DNA of 64,000 nt from Mobula hypostoma (GCF_963921235.1 NC_086097.1:155312001-155376000), one strand, 5' to 3'; shown: positions 1 to 13,863, numbered from the stretch's first letter. Program-made: numbers and translations. Notes: generated by a model from the sequence alone, not told the origin.

Positions 1-49
1 TATTACCATTCTACAGAACATTACAACACTTCAACCATTACAACATTAC

Positions 50-2931
50 AACCGTGGTAGTAGGGGACTCCATAGTGAGAGGTACAGAAAGGGGTTTCTG
101 TGGCAACAGGCGAGATTAAGGGTGGTGTGTTGCCTCCCTGGTGCCGGAATCCAGGATGTCACGGACCCATTGCAGGGAATCCTCGAGAGTGAAGGTGAAC
201 ATCCGGAAGTGGTGGTGCACGTCAGCACAAATGACATGGGGAAGAAGAGGAAAGACATTCTACAGCGCGACTTCAGAGAACTTGGAAGAAGGCTGAAAAG
301 CAGGACTTCCAGGGTGGTTATCTCCAGTTTGCTTCCAGTTCCCTGTGCTGGAGTGGTCAAGAACAGGGAGATAATGGATCTGAACGTGTGGCTGAGGAAC
401 TGGTGCAGGAAGCAAGGATTTACATTCTTGGACCACTGGGGTATGTTTCGGGGTAAGGATGAATTGTACAAAAGGGACGGGTTGCATCTTGATAAGCCGG
501 GCACCAGCATTCTGGCAGGCAGGTTTGCCTCTGCAACACGGGTGTGTTTAAACTAAGTAGTGGCGGGGGGGGGGGGGGACGAACTGGAAACATAAGGATG
601 GAGATAAAGGGAAAGTGAGAATAAGAAAAGTTAAGCGTGACAGCAGAATCAACAGAGCAGAAAGCTCAAGAAGGGATCGTACAGTATGGCCAAGTGAAAT
701 AGGAATTGATGTGGGAGGTGAGGGGAGTAATGAATTAAAAGTATTGTATATGAATGCACGGAGTATAAGAAATAAAGTGGATGAGCTTGAGGCACAGTTG
801 GAATTTGGTAAGTATGATGTTGTGGGAATATCAGAGACACGGCTTCAAGTGGACAGGGCCTGGGAAATAAATATTCAAGCGTATACGTCCTATTGAAAGG
901 ACAGAATGATGGGCAGAGGGGGTGGGGTGGCTCTGTTGGTGAGGAATGATATTCAGTCCCTTGCGAGGGGGGACATAGCAAAGACGAGTGGGAAGCCGGA
1001 GGATTGGGAAACCTTTAAAGAGCGACAGAAGGTAACTAAAAAGGCAATATGCGGAGAAACAATGAGGTACGAAGGTAAACTAACCAAGAATATAAAGGAG
1101 GATAGTAAAAGCTTCTTTAGGTATGTGAAAAGGAAAAAAATAGTTAAGACCAAAATTGGGCCCTTGAAGACAGAAGCGGGTGAATTTATTATGGGGAACA
1201 AGGAAATGGCAGACGAGTTGAACAGGTACTTTGGATCTGTATTCACTAGGGAAGACACAATCTCCCAGATGTAATAGTGGCCAAAGGACCTAGGGCAATG
1301 GATGAATTGAAGGAAATTTACATTAGGTAGCAAATGGTGTTGGATAGGCTGTTGGGTCTGAAGGCTGATAAGTCCCCGGGACCTGATGGTCTGCATCCCA
1401 GTGTACTTAAGGAGGTGGCTTTAGAAATCGTGGACACATTGGTAATCATTTTCCAATGTTCTATAGATTCAGGATCAGTTCCTGTGGATTGGAGGGTGGC
1501 TAATGTTGTCCCTCTCTTCAAGAAGGGAGGAAGAGAGAAAACTGGGAATTAAAGACTGGTTAGCCTGACGTCGGTGGTGGGAAAGATGCTGGAGTCAATT
1601 ATAAAAGATGAAATTATGACACATCTGGATAGTAGTAACAGGATTGGTCCGAGTCAGCATGGATTTACGAAGGGGAAATCGTGCTTGACTAATCTTCTGG
1701 AATATTTTGAGGATGTAACTATGAAAATGGACAAGGGAGAGCCAGTGGATGTAGTGTACCTAGACTTTCAGAAAGCTTTTGATAAAGTCCCAGATAGGAG
1801 ATTAGTGGGCAAAATTAGGGCACATGGTATTGGGGGCAGAGTACTGACATGGATTGAAAATTGGCTGGCTGACAGAAAACAAAGAGTAGCGATTAACGGG
1901 TCCCTTTCGGAATGGCAGGCGGTGACCAGTGGGGTACCGCAGGGATCAGTGCTGGGACCTCAGCTGTTTACAATATATATTAATGATTTAGATGAGGGAA
2001 TTAAAAGTAACATCAGCAAATTTGCCGATGACACAAAGCTGGGTGGCAGTGTGAAATGTGAGGAGGATGTTATGAGAATGCAGGGTGACTTGGACAGGCT
2101 GGGTGAGTGGACAGATGCAGTTTAATGTGGATAAATGTGAGGTGGTAAAAACGGGAAGGCAGATTATTATCTAAATGGAGTCAAGTTAGGAAAAGGGGAA
2201 GCACAACGAGATCTAGGAGTTCTTGTACATCAGTCACTGAAGGAAGCATGCAAGTATAGCAGGCAGTGAAGAAAGCTAATGGCATGCTGGCCTTCATAAC
2301 AAGGGGAATTGAGTATAAGAGCAAAGAGGTCCTTCTGCAGCTGTACAGGGCCCTGGTGAGACCACACCTGGAGTACTGTGTGCAGATTTGGTCTCCAAAT
2401 TTAAGGAAGGACATTCTTGCTATTGAAGGAGTGCAGCGTAGGTTCACAAGGTTAATTCCCGGGATGGCGGGACTGTCTTATGTCGAAAGATTGGAGCAAC
2501 TGGGCTTGTATACTCTGGAATTTAGAAGGCTGAGAGGGGATCTTATTGAAACATGTAAGATTATTAAGGGATTGGACACGCTGCAGGCTAGAGGCATGTT
2601 CCCGCTGATGGATGAGTCCAGAACCAGAGGCCACAGTTTAAGAATTAGGGGTAGGCCATTTAGAACGGAGTTGAGGTAAAACTTTTTCACCCAGAGAGTG
2701 GTGGATATATGGAATGCTCTGCCCCAGAAAGCTGTGGAGGCCAAGTCTCTGGATGCTTTCAAGAAAGAGATGGATAGAGCTCTTAAAGATAGCGGAATCA
2801 AAGGTTATGAGGATAAGGCAGGAACTGGATACTGATAGTGGATGATCAGCCATGATCACAGTGAATGGTGGTGCTGGCTCGAAGGGCAGAATGGGCTACT
2901 CCTGCACCTATTGTCTATTGTGAATTGTCTA
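50..2931 (+). mobile_element. CR1-clade LINE, decayed: ORF1 SGNH-esterase part, ORF2 APE start, internal deletion, RT, 3' tail
   Basis: VVGDS esterase motif at ~55-70 and DGLHL; KVLYMNARSIRNK (APE); [26 protein letters not shown] (RT); LVRPHLEYCVQIWSP; CR1-type 3' end gaagggcagaatgggctactcctgc followed by (ATTGTCT)n; several stops and frameshifts. Confidence 0.95.
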
Positions 2932-3289
2932 TAACTTTTGTTTATTTCGTTTAATTTTCTATATTATGAGTAGATGCTAATAAAGGTAGTGGTTTTAACA
3001 TTAAAACCTCGCTGAATTTGTGATCTATTGCTGCTGGTACGTAACACTTACACTTCCAGGATCAGCAGACAATCTCATGTTTATGATCTATCTCCCTCCT
3101 GTATGCTTCCTCATTGCTCTCTGAGATCCTGCTAACAGTTATTTTATCAGTGAACTTATAAATAGTATTTGTGCTGTGCCTAGCCACAAAACCATGAGTG
3201 TAAATGGAGAAGAGCAACAGGGTAAGCAAGCATCCTTAAGGTACACCTGTATTAAATATCAGCGAAGAGGATATTATTACAGATCCTTA

Positions 3290-3475
3290 CTGACTTTGGT
3301 CTCCTAATGAGGAAGTCAAGGGACTACAACAGCAGCAGTGAAAGATTGAAGATATCCATGAACATTCTGCCATTTGTTTGGCATGGATTTTCAGAGCCCC
3401 ACAAGGTGCACTATCAGGGACTGACACCTTGCAAGTATTCACCCTTTTGAAAGATGTTCTTGTGGTCATATCACA
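3290..3475 (-). mobile_element. Rex1/L2-like LINE ORF2 fragment (region just before RT)
   Basis: Frameshifted translation RTSFKRVN..PD..ALK..A.Q.A / FMDIFNLSLL resembles the pre-RT segment of Rex1-type LINEs. Confidence 0.6.
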
Positions 3476-3884
3476 TCACGTGTAAGAAAGTGATTAGACA
3501 GAGTTCGGAGCATGTGCAGAAATGAGAGAATGATCTAGAAACTGTATGGTGAAAACCTAGTTGCTGTTTGCTGTTGTAAATAAAAGTTCTAGTTTTAATT
3601 CTTCCAGAATATGGTTTGTTCTTAGAAACCCACGGTGCATATAAAGATCACAACAGTTCTGACGTCATCTTCCAAGACAGGTATTACAGGGTCACCAGGT
3701 ACTCCAGGTGTTGCTTCACCAACTGCAACATAACGTTCCATGTCTATACTTAATGTCCTGACTAAAGAAGACCAGTGTGCCAAATGTTTTCATCACCACA
3801 CCAGCTACCCATGATTCCATTTTCAGGAAACAATGTGCTCTCAATTCTCACTGTACTACAAACATATACCTTTATGGGCTCCAT

Positions 3885-6150
3885 GACGAATATGTGTAGC
3901 ATTTGGAATAAGGTGGACGAACTCGTGGCGCAATTAGAGATTGGTCAATATGATGTTGGGGAAATCACTGAGTCGTGGCTGAAAGAAGGTTATAGTTGGG
4001 AGCTTAATAACAAAGGGTATACTTTGTATCGAAAGGACAGGCAGGAAGGCATTGGCAGTGCTGTGGCTCTGTTGTTAAGCGATGGAATTCCATCTTTAGA
4101 AAGAGGTGACATAGGGTCAGAGAATGTTGAATCTTTGTGTGTGGAGTTAAGAAATTGCAAGGGTACAAAAAACATTATAGGAATCATATATAGGCCTCCA
4201 AATAGCCAAGATGTGGGACAAGATTGCAAAGGGAGCTAGAAAATGTAATAAGGCTAACGACACTAGTGAGGGACTTCAATATGCAAGGAGATTCGGAAAA
4301 TGAGGTTGGTGATGGATTACAAGAGAGGGAATTTGCTGAATACCCTCAAGATGGCTTTTTAGAGCAGTTTGTGCTTGAGTCTACTTGGGGAAATGCCATC
4401 TTAGATTGGGTGTTGTGTAATAACCCAGATCTTATTGGGGAGCTTAACGTAAAAGAACCCTTAGGAGACAATGATCATCATATGATTGAAATCATACTGC
4501 AATTTGAGAGGTAGAAACATAACTCACATCTATCAGTATCTCAACAGAATAAAGGGAATTCCAGAGGCATGAGGGAGCAGCCTGCCCAAGTGGATCGGGG
4601 GAGGGTACTGGCGGGGATGACGGCAGAGCAGAGATGGCTGAAGTTTCTCGAAGTAGTTCACAAGGTGCAAGATAGATATGTTCGAGAGAGAAAGAAGTTC
4701 TCAAATGGCAGTGGTAGGTAATCGTGGCTGACAAAAGAAGTTGACTGCATAAAAACTAGGGAAATGGCATATAAGGTAGCAAAAGTGAGTGGGAAGTTGG
4801 ATGATTGGGAAGCTTTTAAAATCTAACAAAAGGCAACAAAAAAAGCTATAAGAAAGCAAAGGATGAAATACGAAGGCAGACCGGCCAATAATACAAAGCA
4901 GGATACCAACATTTTTTCAGTTATGCAAAGAGTAAAAGGGAGGTGACAGATGATATTGTACCACTGAAAAATGACGATGGAGATGTAGTAATGGGTGACG
5001 AAGAAATAGAAGATGAACTAAATGGGTACTTTGCATCAGTCTTCACTGCGGAAGACACTAGCAGTGTGCCAGATGTCATTGAGTGTGAGTGCCATTGCTA
5101 TTACAAAGGAAAAAGGGCCAGACAAACTCAAAGGTCTTAAGGTGGATAAGTCACCTGGGCCAGATGGACTACACCCCAGAGTCCCGAGGAAGGTTGCTGA
5201 AGAGATAATTGGTCAAGAGATGCATTGGTCATGATCTTTCTGGTTTGGTCCCAGAGGACTGGAAGATGGCAAATGTCACTCCACTCTTTAAGAAAGGAGA
5301 AAGGCAAAAAAAAAAAAGGAAATTATAGGCCTGTTAGTCTTACCTCAGTGGATGGGGAAGTGTTGGAGTCTATTATTAAGGATGAGGTTTCGAGGTAGTT
5401 GGAGACTAATGATAAAATAAGTCAAAGTCAGCTTGGCGTCTGTATAGGAAAATCTTTTCTGACAACTCTGTTAGAGTTCTTCGAGGAAGTTATAAGCAGG
5501 GTGGACAAAGGAGAGTTAATAGATGTCATTTACTTGGATTTTCAGAAGGCATTTGATATAGTGTCACGCAAGGCTGCTTAACAAGATAAAATCCTATGGT
5601 ATTACAGGAAAGATACAGGCATGGAGAGCAGAATGCCTGACAGGCATGAGATAGCAAGTAGCAAAAGGGGCTGCTGGTAACTAGTGATGTTTCTCAGGGA
5701 TCAGTAGTGGGGCTGCTGCTTTTCACGTTGGCAATGATTTAGGTAAAGGAATTGGTGGCTTTGTGGCAAAGTTTGTGGATGATACAGAGATAGATGGAGG
5801 GGTAGGTTGTGCTGAGGAATCAATATGATTGCAGCTGGACACACAAATTGGAAGAATGAGCAAAAAGGGAGCATATAGAATACAGTATTGGGAAATATAT
5901 GATATTGCATTTTGGTAAAAGGAACAATAGTGCAGACTATTCTCTAAATGGGGAGAAGGTTCAAACATCAGAGGTGCAGAGGGCCTTAGGAGTCCTCATG
6001 CAAGACTCTAAGATGGTTAATTTACAGGTTGAGTCTGTTGGCATTTATTTCAAGGGGAACAGAATATAAAAGCAAAGACATAATGCTGACCCTTTATAAG
6101 ACATGAGTCAGGCCACACGTAGAATAGCGTCAACAGTTTTGGGTCCCAAA
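3885..6150 (+). mobile_element. CR1 ORF2 (APE+RT), decayed, 3' end missing
   Basis: SIWNKVDEL..ITESWL, IIYRPPN, ILDWVL, LGDNDH, KSPGPDGLHP, YLDFQKAFD; many stops. Confidence 0.92.
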
Positions 6151-6169
6151 ACAGTGAGTTGGACCGACA

Positions 6170-9100
6170 GGAGGGATATAAAAAAAGACAGCTTCATAGA
6201 GCAGGTGTGGGAGAAGAGGGCAACAGAGTAGGAGGAGACAGAATAGGAGGGCTTTGGTTCAACGGGGCGTAGGGGACAACAGGTCGAGGCGAGGTAATCT
6301 ACTTGTGAGTAACAGGAAGTATGTCTGTGAGGCCAGTGTTCTGTACTGGATATCAGATGTTGGATGTCCAGGACACTCCCAAGTTCCCAGACAGCCACAT
6401 CTGCAGCAGGTGCGTTGAGCTGCAGCTTTTCAGGGACCGTGCCAGGGAACTGGAGGTGCAGCTCGATGACCTTCGTCTGGTCAGGAAAAGTGAGGAGGTG
6501 ATAGAGAGGAGCTATACGCATGTAGTCACACTGGGGCCTCGGGAGACAGAGGAGGGGGAAGGGGAAGAGTCAGATACTAGAGAGTACCCCTGTGGCCCTC
6601 CGTAACAATAAGTACTCCTGTTTGAGTACTGTTGGATGGTGGGGGGAGCAACCTACCTGGGGGAAGCAACAGTGACCATGCCTCTAGCACAAAGTCTGGC
6701 CCTGTGGCTCAGAAGGGTAGGGAAAGGAAGAGGATGGCAGCAATGATAGGGGACTCTATAGTTCGGGCGTCAGACAGGTGATTCTGTGAGCTCAGGAAAG
6801 AAACATTGCTGGTATATTGCCTCCTTGGTGCCAGTGTCCGGGATGTTTCTAATCACGTCCACGATATCCTCAAGTGGGAAGGTGAACAGCCAGAGGTCAT
6901 GGTACAAATTGGTACCAATGACATCGGTAGGAAAAGGAAGGAGGCCCTGAAAGCAGACTACAGGGAGTTAGGAAGGAAGTTGAGAAGCAGGACCTCAAAG
7001 GTAGTAATCTCGGGATTACTGCCTGTGCCACGCGACAGTGAGTCCAGGAATAGAGTGAGGTGGAGGATAAATGTGTGGCTGAGGGATTGGAGCAGGGGGC
7101 AGGGATCATTGGGACCTCTTTTGGGGCAGATGTGACCTGTACAAAAAGGAAGGGTTGCACTTCAATCCGAGGAGGACCAATATCCTGGCAGGGAGGTTTG
7201 GGTGAGAGTTTAAACTACAATTGCAGGGGGTCGGGAACCGAACTGAAGAGACGGAGGAATAGGTGGTTGGCTCACAAATAGAGAAAGCTTGGAGACAGTG
7301 CGAGAGGGAGAATAGGCAGGTGATAGAGAAGGGATGCAATCAGACTGATAGTTTGAGATGTGTCTGTTTTAATGCAAGAAGCGTCATGAATAAAGCAGAT
7401 GAGCTTAGAGCGTGGATCAGTACTTGGAGCTATCATGTTGTGGCCATTACAGAGACTTGGATGGCTCAGGGGCAGGAATGGTTATTTAGAGTGCCAGGCT
7501 TTAGATGTTTCAGAAAGGACCAAGAGGGAGGCAAAAGAGGTGGGGGCATGGCACTGTTGATCAGAGATAGTGTCACAGCTGCAGAAAAGAAGGAAGTTAT
7601 GCAGGGACTCTCTACTGAGGGTCTGTGGGTGGAAGTTAGGAACAGGAAGGGGTCAATAACTCCACTGGGTGTTATTTACAGACCTCCCAAAAGTAACAGG
7701 GACATCAAGGAGTAGATCGGGTAACAGATTCTGGAAAGGTGTAACAATAACAGGGTCTTGGTGGTTGGAGATTTTAATATCCCAATTGTTGATTGGCATC
7801 TCCCTAGAGAAAGGGGTTTAGATGGGTTGGAGTTTGTTAGGTATGTTCAGGAAGGCTTCCAGACACAATATGAAGATAAGCCAACCAGAGGAGAGGCTGT
7901 ACTTCATCTGGTAAATGAACCTGCTCATGTGTGAGATCTGTCAGTAGGAGAGCATTTTGGAGATAGTGATCACAATTCTATCTCCTTTACCATAGCATAC
8001 AAGTTACGAAAGCACTTAATTGAAGTAAGAGGAAATATGAAACTATCAGGCAGGAACTTGGAAGTATAAATTGGGAGCAAATATTCTCAGGGAAATGTAC
8101 AGCAGAAATGTGACAAAAGATCAGGGGACATTTGCGTGGCATTCTGCATAGCTACGTTCCAATGAGACAGGGAAAGGGTGGTAGGATACAGGAACCATGG
8201 TGTACAAAGGCTATTGAAAATGTTGAAGAAAAGCTTAAGAAAGCTTCAAAATACTAGTTAATGATAGAAATCCAGAAAATTATAAGGCAAGCAGGAAGGA
8301 GCTTAAGAAAGAAATTAGGAGAGCCAGAAGGGGCCATGAGAAGGCCTTGGTGAGGAGGATTAAGGAAAACCCCAAGGCATTCTACAAATATGTAAAGAGT
8401 AAGAGAATAAGACGTGAGAGAATAGGACCAATTAGGTATAACAGTTGAGAAGTGTCTATGGAACTAAAAGAGATAGCAGAGGTATTTAATGAATATTTTA
8501 CTTCAATATTCCCTCCGGAAAAGCATCTTGGTAATTGTAGGGATGACTTACAGCGGACTGAATAGTTTGAGTATATCGACATTAAGAAAAAGGAGGTTCT
8601 GGAGCTTTTGGAAAGTATCAAGTTGGACAAGTCACCGGGACCAGACAAGATATATCCAGGCTACTGTGGGAGACGAGGGAGCAGATTGCTGATTCTCTGG
8701 CAATGATCTTTGCATCATAAATGGGGACGGGAAAGGTTCTGAATGATTGGAGGGTTGCAGATGTTGTTCCCTTATTCAAGGGAGTAGAGATAGCCCAGGA
8801 AATTATAGACCAGTGAGTCCTACTTCAGTGGTTGGTAAGTTGATGGAGAAGATCCTGAGAGGCAGAATTTATGAACATTTTGAGAGGCATGATATGATCA
8901 GGAAAAGACAGCATGGCTTTGTCAAAGGCAGGCTGTGCCTTAAGAGCCTGATTGAATTTTTTGAGGATATGACTATACACATTGATGAAGATAGAGCAGC
9001 AGATGTAGTGTATATTGATTTCAGCAAGGCATTTGATAAGGTACCCCATGCAAGGCTTATTGAGAAAGTAAGGATGGAAGGGATCCAAAGGGACCTTGCT

Positions 9101-9915
9101 TTGTGGATCCAGAATTAGCTTGCCCACAGAAGGCAAAGAGTGGTTGGAGATGGGTCATATTCTGCATGGGGATCAGTGACCAGGGGTGTGCCTCAGGCAT
9201 CTGTTCTGGGACCCCTTTTCTTCATCATTTTCATAAATGACCTGATTGAGGAAGTGGAGGGATGGGTTAGTAAATTTGCTGATGACACAAAGGTTGGAGA
9301 TGTTGTGGATAGTGTGGAGGGCTGCCAGAAGTTATAAGGAGACACAGGATACAAAACTGGGCTGAGAAGTGGCAGATAGATTTCAACCCAGATAAGTGTG
9401 AGGTGGTTCATTTTGGTAGAAAAAATATAATGGCAGAATATGGTATTGACGATAAAACTCTTGGCAGTGTGGAGGATCACAGGGATCTTGTGGTCAGAAT
9501 CCATATGACACTCAAAGCTGCTATGCAGGTTGACTCTGTGGTTAAGAAAGCATATGGTGCATTGGCCTTCATCAACCGTGGGATTGAGTTTAAGATCCGA
9601 GAGGCAATGTTGCAGCTATATAGGACCCTGATCAGACCCCACTTGGAGTTCTGTGCTCAGTTCTGGTCGCCTTACTACAGGAAGGATATGGAAACTATAC
9701 GAAGGGTGCAGAGGAGATTTACAAGTATGTTGCCAGGATTGGGGAGCATTCCTTATGAGAATAGGTTGAGCGAACTCGGCCTTTTCTCCTTAGAGCTACG
9801 AAGAATGAGATCTGACCTGATAGAGGTGTATAAGACGATGAGAGGCACCGATTGTGTGAATTGTCAGAGTCTTTTTCCCAGGGCTGAAATAGCTCACACG
9901 AGAGGCACATTTTAA
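6170..9915 (+). mobile_element. Near full-length CR1 LINE (second subfamily), decayed
   Basis: ORF1 ATG at 6321 with Cys-rich finger and leucine-zipper-like stretch, then IGDS esterase; ORF2 CFNARS..AITETW..YRPP, YIDFSKAFDKV, GVPQ.SVLGP, KFADDTK, LIRPHLEFCAQFWSP. Confidence 0.95.
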
Positions 9916-9989
9916 GGTACAAAAGGTAAGGAAATCAATAATAATATAAAATCACGATAAGAATAAATGCATACGATAGCTAATGTAAA

Positions 9990-10256
9990 CGACAGGAATT
10001 CTAATGTATGTTGATTATATGCGTGTAAAGTGATGCTCAGCACAAGAGTGTCTGTACATAAGGTGACTCTGACTAGAAATGATGAAGTGGTGATGATGGG
10101 GATGTGCAGGTATGGGATAGGAAGTGCATATGTTTATCAGTCTTTCTGCTTGGGGAAAGTAAGTTTTTTAGTTTGATAGTCCTGGTGTGAATGCTACACT
10201 GCCTCCTTGATGGGAGTGGGTCAAACAATCCATGAGCAAGGTGGATGTGTCCCTTC
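9990..10256 (-). mobile_element. Rex1/Babar-type LINE 3' fragment; continues at 13579-13640 after the LTR insertion
   Basis: Minus-strand similarity to the HP.H.LF..LPSGRR..S...T.R...S.FP C-terminus found in other copies here (33925-34350, 62287-62682). Confidence 0.65.
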
Positions 10257-10765
10257 TGTCATGGGTGGTTGTTGGGAACGGACCCAAATCCCAAATGCAA
10301 GACACAGGCACTGAATCACTGGGAAATGGACTGGACTAGAGTTAAGGACGGGACAGGACGCAGACTAGGAGCTGGGACAGGAACACAGACTTGGGCTAGG
10401 AAAGCGGGACCAGGACGAGGAACTGGGATCTAGCAGCCTGGGCTTGGACTCCGAGCCAGAGACTGGACAAGGACTGAGAACCTGGGTCTTGACTTGGGCT
10501 CGGACCCCGGAACTAGGCGAGGACATGACAAGGCTAGGGTTCTTTGAGGCTCATGGACATGGCCAGGCTCGGGTCTTGGACTCGGCTCAGTTAGTCCCTT
10601 CGGTACGGAGCCTGGACTCCTTCTTCGAGTACAGGGCTGGGACCGTTCCTAGGACGCAGGGCCGGGATGCTCACCAGGATGTGGGACCAGGATGACTTCC
10701 GACGTAATCCGCCGAAGAAACTGTCAGGGATTCAGATGGGGAGGGGAAGCAAACAGTCCGGCCTC

Positions 10766-10969
10766 AGGGTAACGTCAAAGACGGCCTGGCTTACCCAACG
10801 GAGGCAAGGACAGGAAGGGACAGATCCCACTGTAGGGTAATGGCAAAGTCGACCTGACTTACCCAACGGTGGCAAGGATGGGAAGGGGCAGATCCAACAG
10901 CAGGGTAACAGCAAGGATGGCCTGACTTACCCCACAGAGACAAGGACAGGAAGGGAGCTCATTCCAGGG
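10766..10969. repeat. 68-bp tandem repeat (3 copies) inside the LTR
   Basis: AGGGTAA unit starts at 10766, 10834 and 10902; each unit has GGGTAA...TTACCC. Confidence 0.85.
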
Positions 10970-11234
10970 TGGCTCCGAGTCTTGGGGCAGCCAGCAACCT
11001 TGGCTGGCTACAGAAACAGCCGAATCCATATCTAGCTCAGAGTGGCAGACAGCCACTCCGCTGGCCCCGGAAACAGCCGAATCCATACCAGGATGGCTGC
11101 TCCGACTAGAGACAACCAGGCTCCGTGAAGCGGTGGTCCTCCGACCAGGCCTAGAGATCACGAGTAGCTGCTCTAGCCTTCCACCGGCGGGTTGCTCCAA
11201 GAGGATACTGACGAGATGAGCCAGCAACCACACT

Positions 11235-13398
11235 TCTTCTTCTTCTTGTGTTGTTTTATGGCGGTTGGCAAACCAGCTTTAAGATGCATCACTGCCACCT
11301 GCTAGACTGGAGTGTGGATCGTTGGATAAACAGAGAGGGGAAAACAATTGCATTCCCTATATTCTAAACAATAAACCTGAGTCTTTCAGATACTTCATGA
11401 TGCAGATCTGTATTTGTCTTGAATTCCCACTTAAAATATCTTCGAGACCAACGTCAGTTGTTTTGTTTATCTTAAGCGCTCCTATCATCTTCACTCTTTC
11501 TTTTTGATACATTTTATCAATACATGTTCAACTGTTTCTGGTTGATTACCGTATTCACACAACCCAGTTGAATGTTTCCCTATTTTGTATAATGTGTAAT
11601 TAAGACTAGTGTGTCCAATACTCAAACAACTGATGATCACTTCTGTCTTTCTACATCTGCTTGACAATCTTTTGTATCTGACTTGCCTCTGTATTTTGTA
11701 CAGTTGTTTCCCTGTTTCACATCTCATCCCAATGCTTCTGCCATGTCTCCTCACTACGTGTTTCTATAATGCTCTTGACTTCCGCTTTGCTAAAAAGGAT
11801 CTGGCCCTCTATAATAGACGATTTGAGCGATTGTTTAGCTAAACTATCCACCTTTTCATTACCCTTCACTCCACAATGAGCAGGAACCCAAAGAAAGCTT
11901 ACTTCTACCCCATTTTTGGTCAGTGTATATAATTTGCATAAAATCTCCAATAAAACATCCTGTCTACTTTCTGATTTTCTTGATCTGATCTAGGTTAATG
12001 CAGAAACTGTCTGAACAGGTTACAGCCTTTTTGATATTACAGTATTTTCATCTATCCAAGATAATGCACTCAATATTGCCGTTAATTCTGTTGTACACAC
12101 TGATAAATGGTTTGATGTTCTTTTCCTGATACTAGTTTTGCACTGAGGAATATAGACTGCAATACCTGTGTGGTCAGATCTAGGGTCTTTCGATCCATCC
12201 GTAAATATTACAAGTTCATTTCTAAAATGCAACTCTATATATTCTTGTACTATCTGTTTGATTCCATAGTTAGACTTCTTTTTTAAAAGTTGTTGCAGGT
12301 TTTTATCTACTGTATGCATTGTAAAGAGCCATGGAGGAACATCAGAAATTGGAAACGTAGGGCTATATTCCATTTCCTGTAGACCATATTTTTGTACTGC
12401 TGCATCCCCGATCCATCCAAAGCTATTATAACCTGACTTGTTATGTTCCCAGCAGCCTTTTAATATAGCTCTAGTTGGTGTGAGCAGTTTTGTCCCATGA
12501 TGTTAACCCAGTAATTTAGCATCAACTCTATTCTTCTAAGTCTTAATGGCATTTCCCCCATTTCAACTTGAAGAGCTGATATGGGTGAAGTTCTGAATAC
12601 ACCACTACATATCCTGAGGGCCTGAGCTTGCTGAACATCCAGCATTTTTAAATTACTTTCTGCAGCTGACATGTATGCTACACTTCCATAATCCAATGTA
12701 GCCCTCGTTAAAGCTTGATCAATATTTAATAGCGATATCCTGCTCACACCTCAGTCCTGCCTGGCAAGACCCCTCAATAAGTTCTTTATTTTTTTACATT
12801 TGCTTGTAATTTTCTCAACTTGCTTTTTCCATGTAAGTTTCTCATTAAATAACAAACCAAGGAACCGAATTACCTTTACCTGATTTGTTCATATAATTTC
12901 ACAGAAACTAGTTTGTTACCTCTTGAGAAGCATATCACTTGCGACTTACTTGTAGACAATTTGAAATCCCATTTATTTGCCCACTCCTCCACTTTATTTA
13001 TTGCACCTTGCATTTTCCTTTGTATATAAATTAAATTTTGTACCCATAAACTCATAAAGCCCCATCATCTGCAAATAACGATTTCCCCACACTATGTTCA
13101 ACTTGCACAAATATGTCATTTATCACTATGGAAAATAGTAATGGACTACAGACACTACCTTGTGGTGTTCCATTTTCAAGCAAGTATGTCCTGGAGTACT
13201 CTGTTTCCACCTTGACTTGAATTGTTCAACCAAAAAGAAAGTCCAGAACCCAATTATTTAATTTTCCTTCCAACCCTAGTTCTTTGAATTTAATTAAACA
13301 CCCTCTTTCCAGTGCATATCATATGCTTTTTCTATATCAAAAAATACCATCAGGACCAATTTCTTTATTTCTTTAAGTCTTCCTAATTTCAGATTGCA
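11235..13398 (-). mobile_element. 5'-truncated I-group (Nimb-like) LINE with RT and RNase H
   Basis: 16-bp TSD AGCCAGCAACCACACT (11219-11234 / 13399-13414); (AAG)5 tail; LDYGSVAYMSA, IFTDGSK, WVPAHCGVKGNEKVD.LAK (RNase H), terminal CEY..ETVEHVL..C. Confidence 0.92.
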
Positions 13399-13863
13399 AG
13401 CCAGCAACCACACTCAATCCCAGGGACACTTATATTCCCAGCCCCAAGACGAGAATCAGGTGTTTAAGATTAAGCCCAACTGAAGCAAGGGACAGCTGGA
13501 AGACCTGGAGTCCAGAGTCCAGAGTCCACTGACCAGACCGTAAACCGGAATGGGGACTTCACGGACCAGACTATGACACCTTCATAATGTTACTGGCCCT
13601 TTTCCAGCACCTTTCTGAATATATGTCCTTGATGGCTGTGATGCAGTGGGCACTTTTAACAGTTTTGAAGTCCTATATTGCTCAACCTTTCCTCATGAAG
13701 CATGCTCCTTAATCTAGGCAACATCCTAGTAAATCCTTGAACCACTCTGCACATCTTCAGCTATTATCTGCACTCTTTGTAGAGCTCAAACTCCCCCGCC
13801 CCCAGGTGACCAAGGGCGGTTGGTTCAGTAAGCAGAGCACCAGAGAACCTAGTTCAATCGTGA

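Larger units (their letters stand above)
10257..13578. mobile_element. Solo LTR (~1.15 kb net of the nested LINE) with 5-bp TSD
   Basis: Termini TGTCAT...ATGACA; CCTTC at 10252-10256 and 13579-13583. Confidence 0.85.

Noticed and set aside
122..556. Stand-alone SGNH/GDSL esterase gene
   Set aside because: It is the ORF1 esterase domain of a CR1 element, repeated at 6740, 24350 and 28246
3287..3469. Minus-strand ORF ending at a GTAAG donor-like site
   Set aside because: Better explained as a frameshifted Rex1/L2-type LINE fragment
10766..10969. Palindromic repeats resembling a CRISPR array
   Set aside because: Whole 68-bp units are homologous, there are no unique spacers, and they lie inside an LTR
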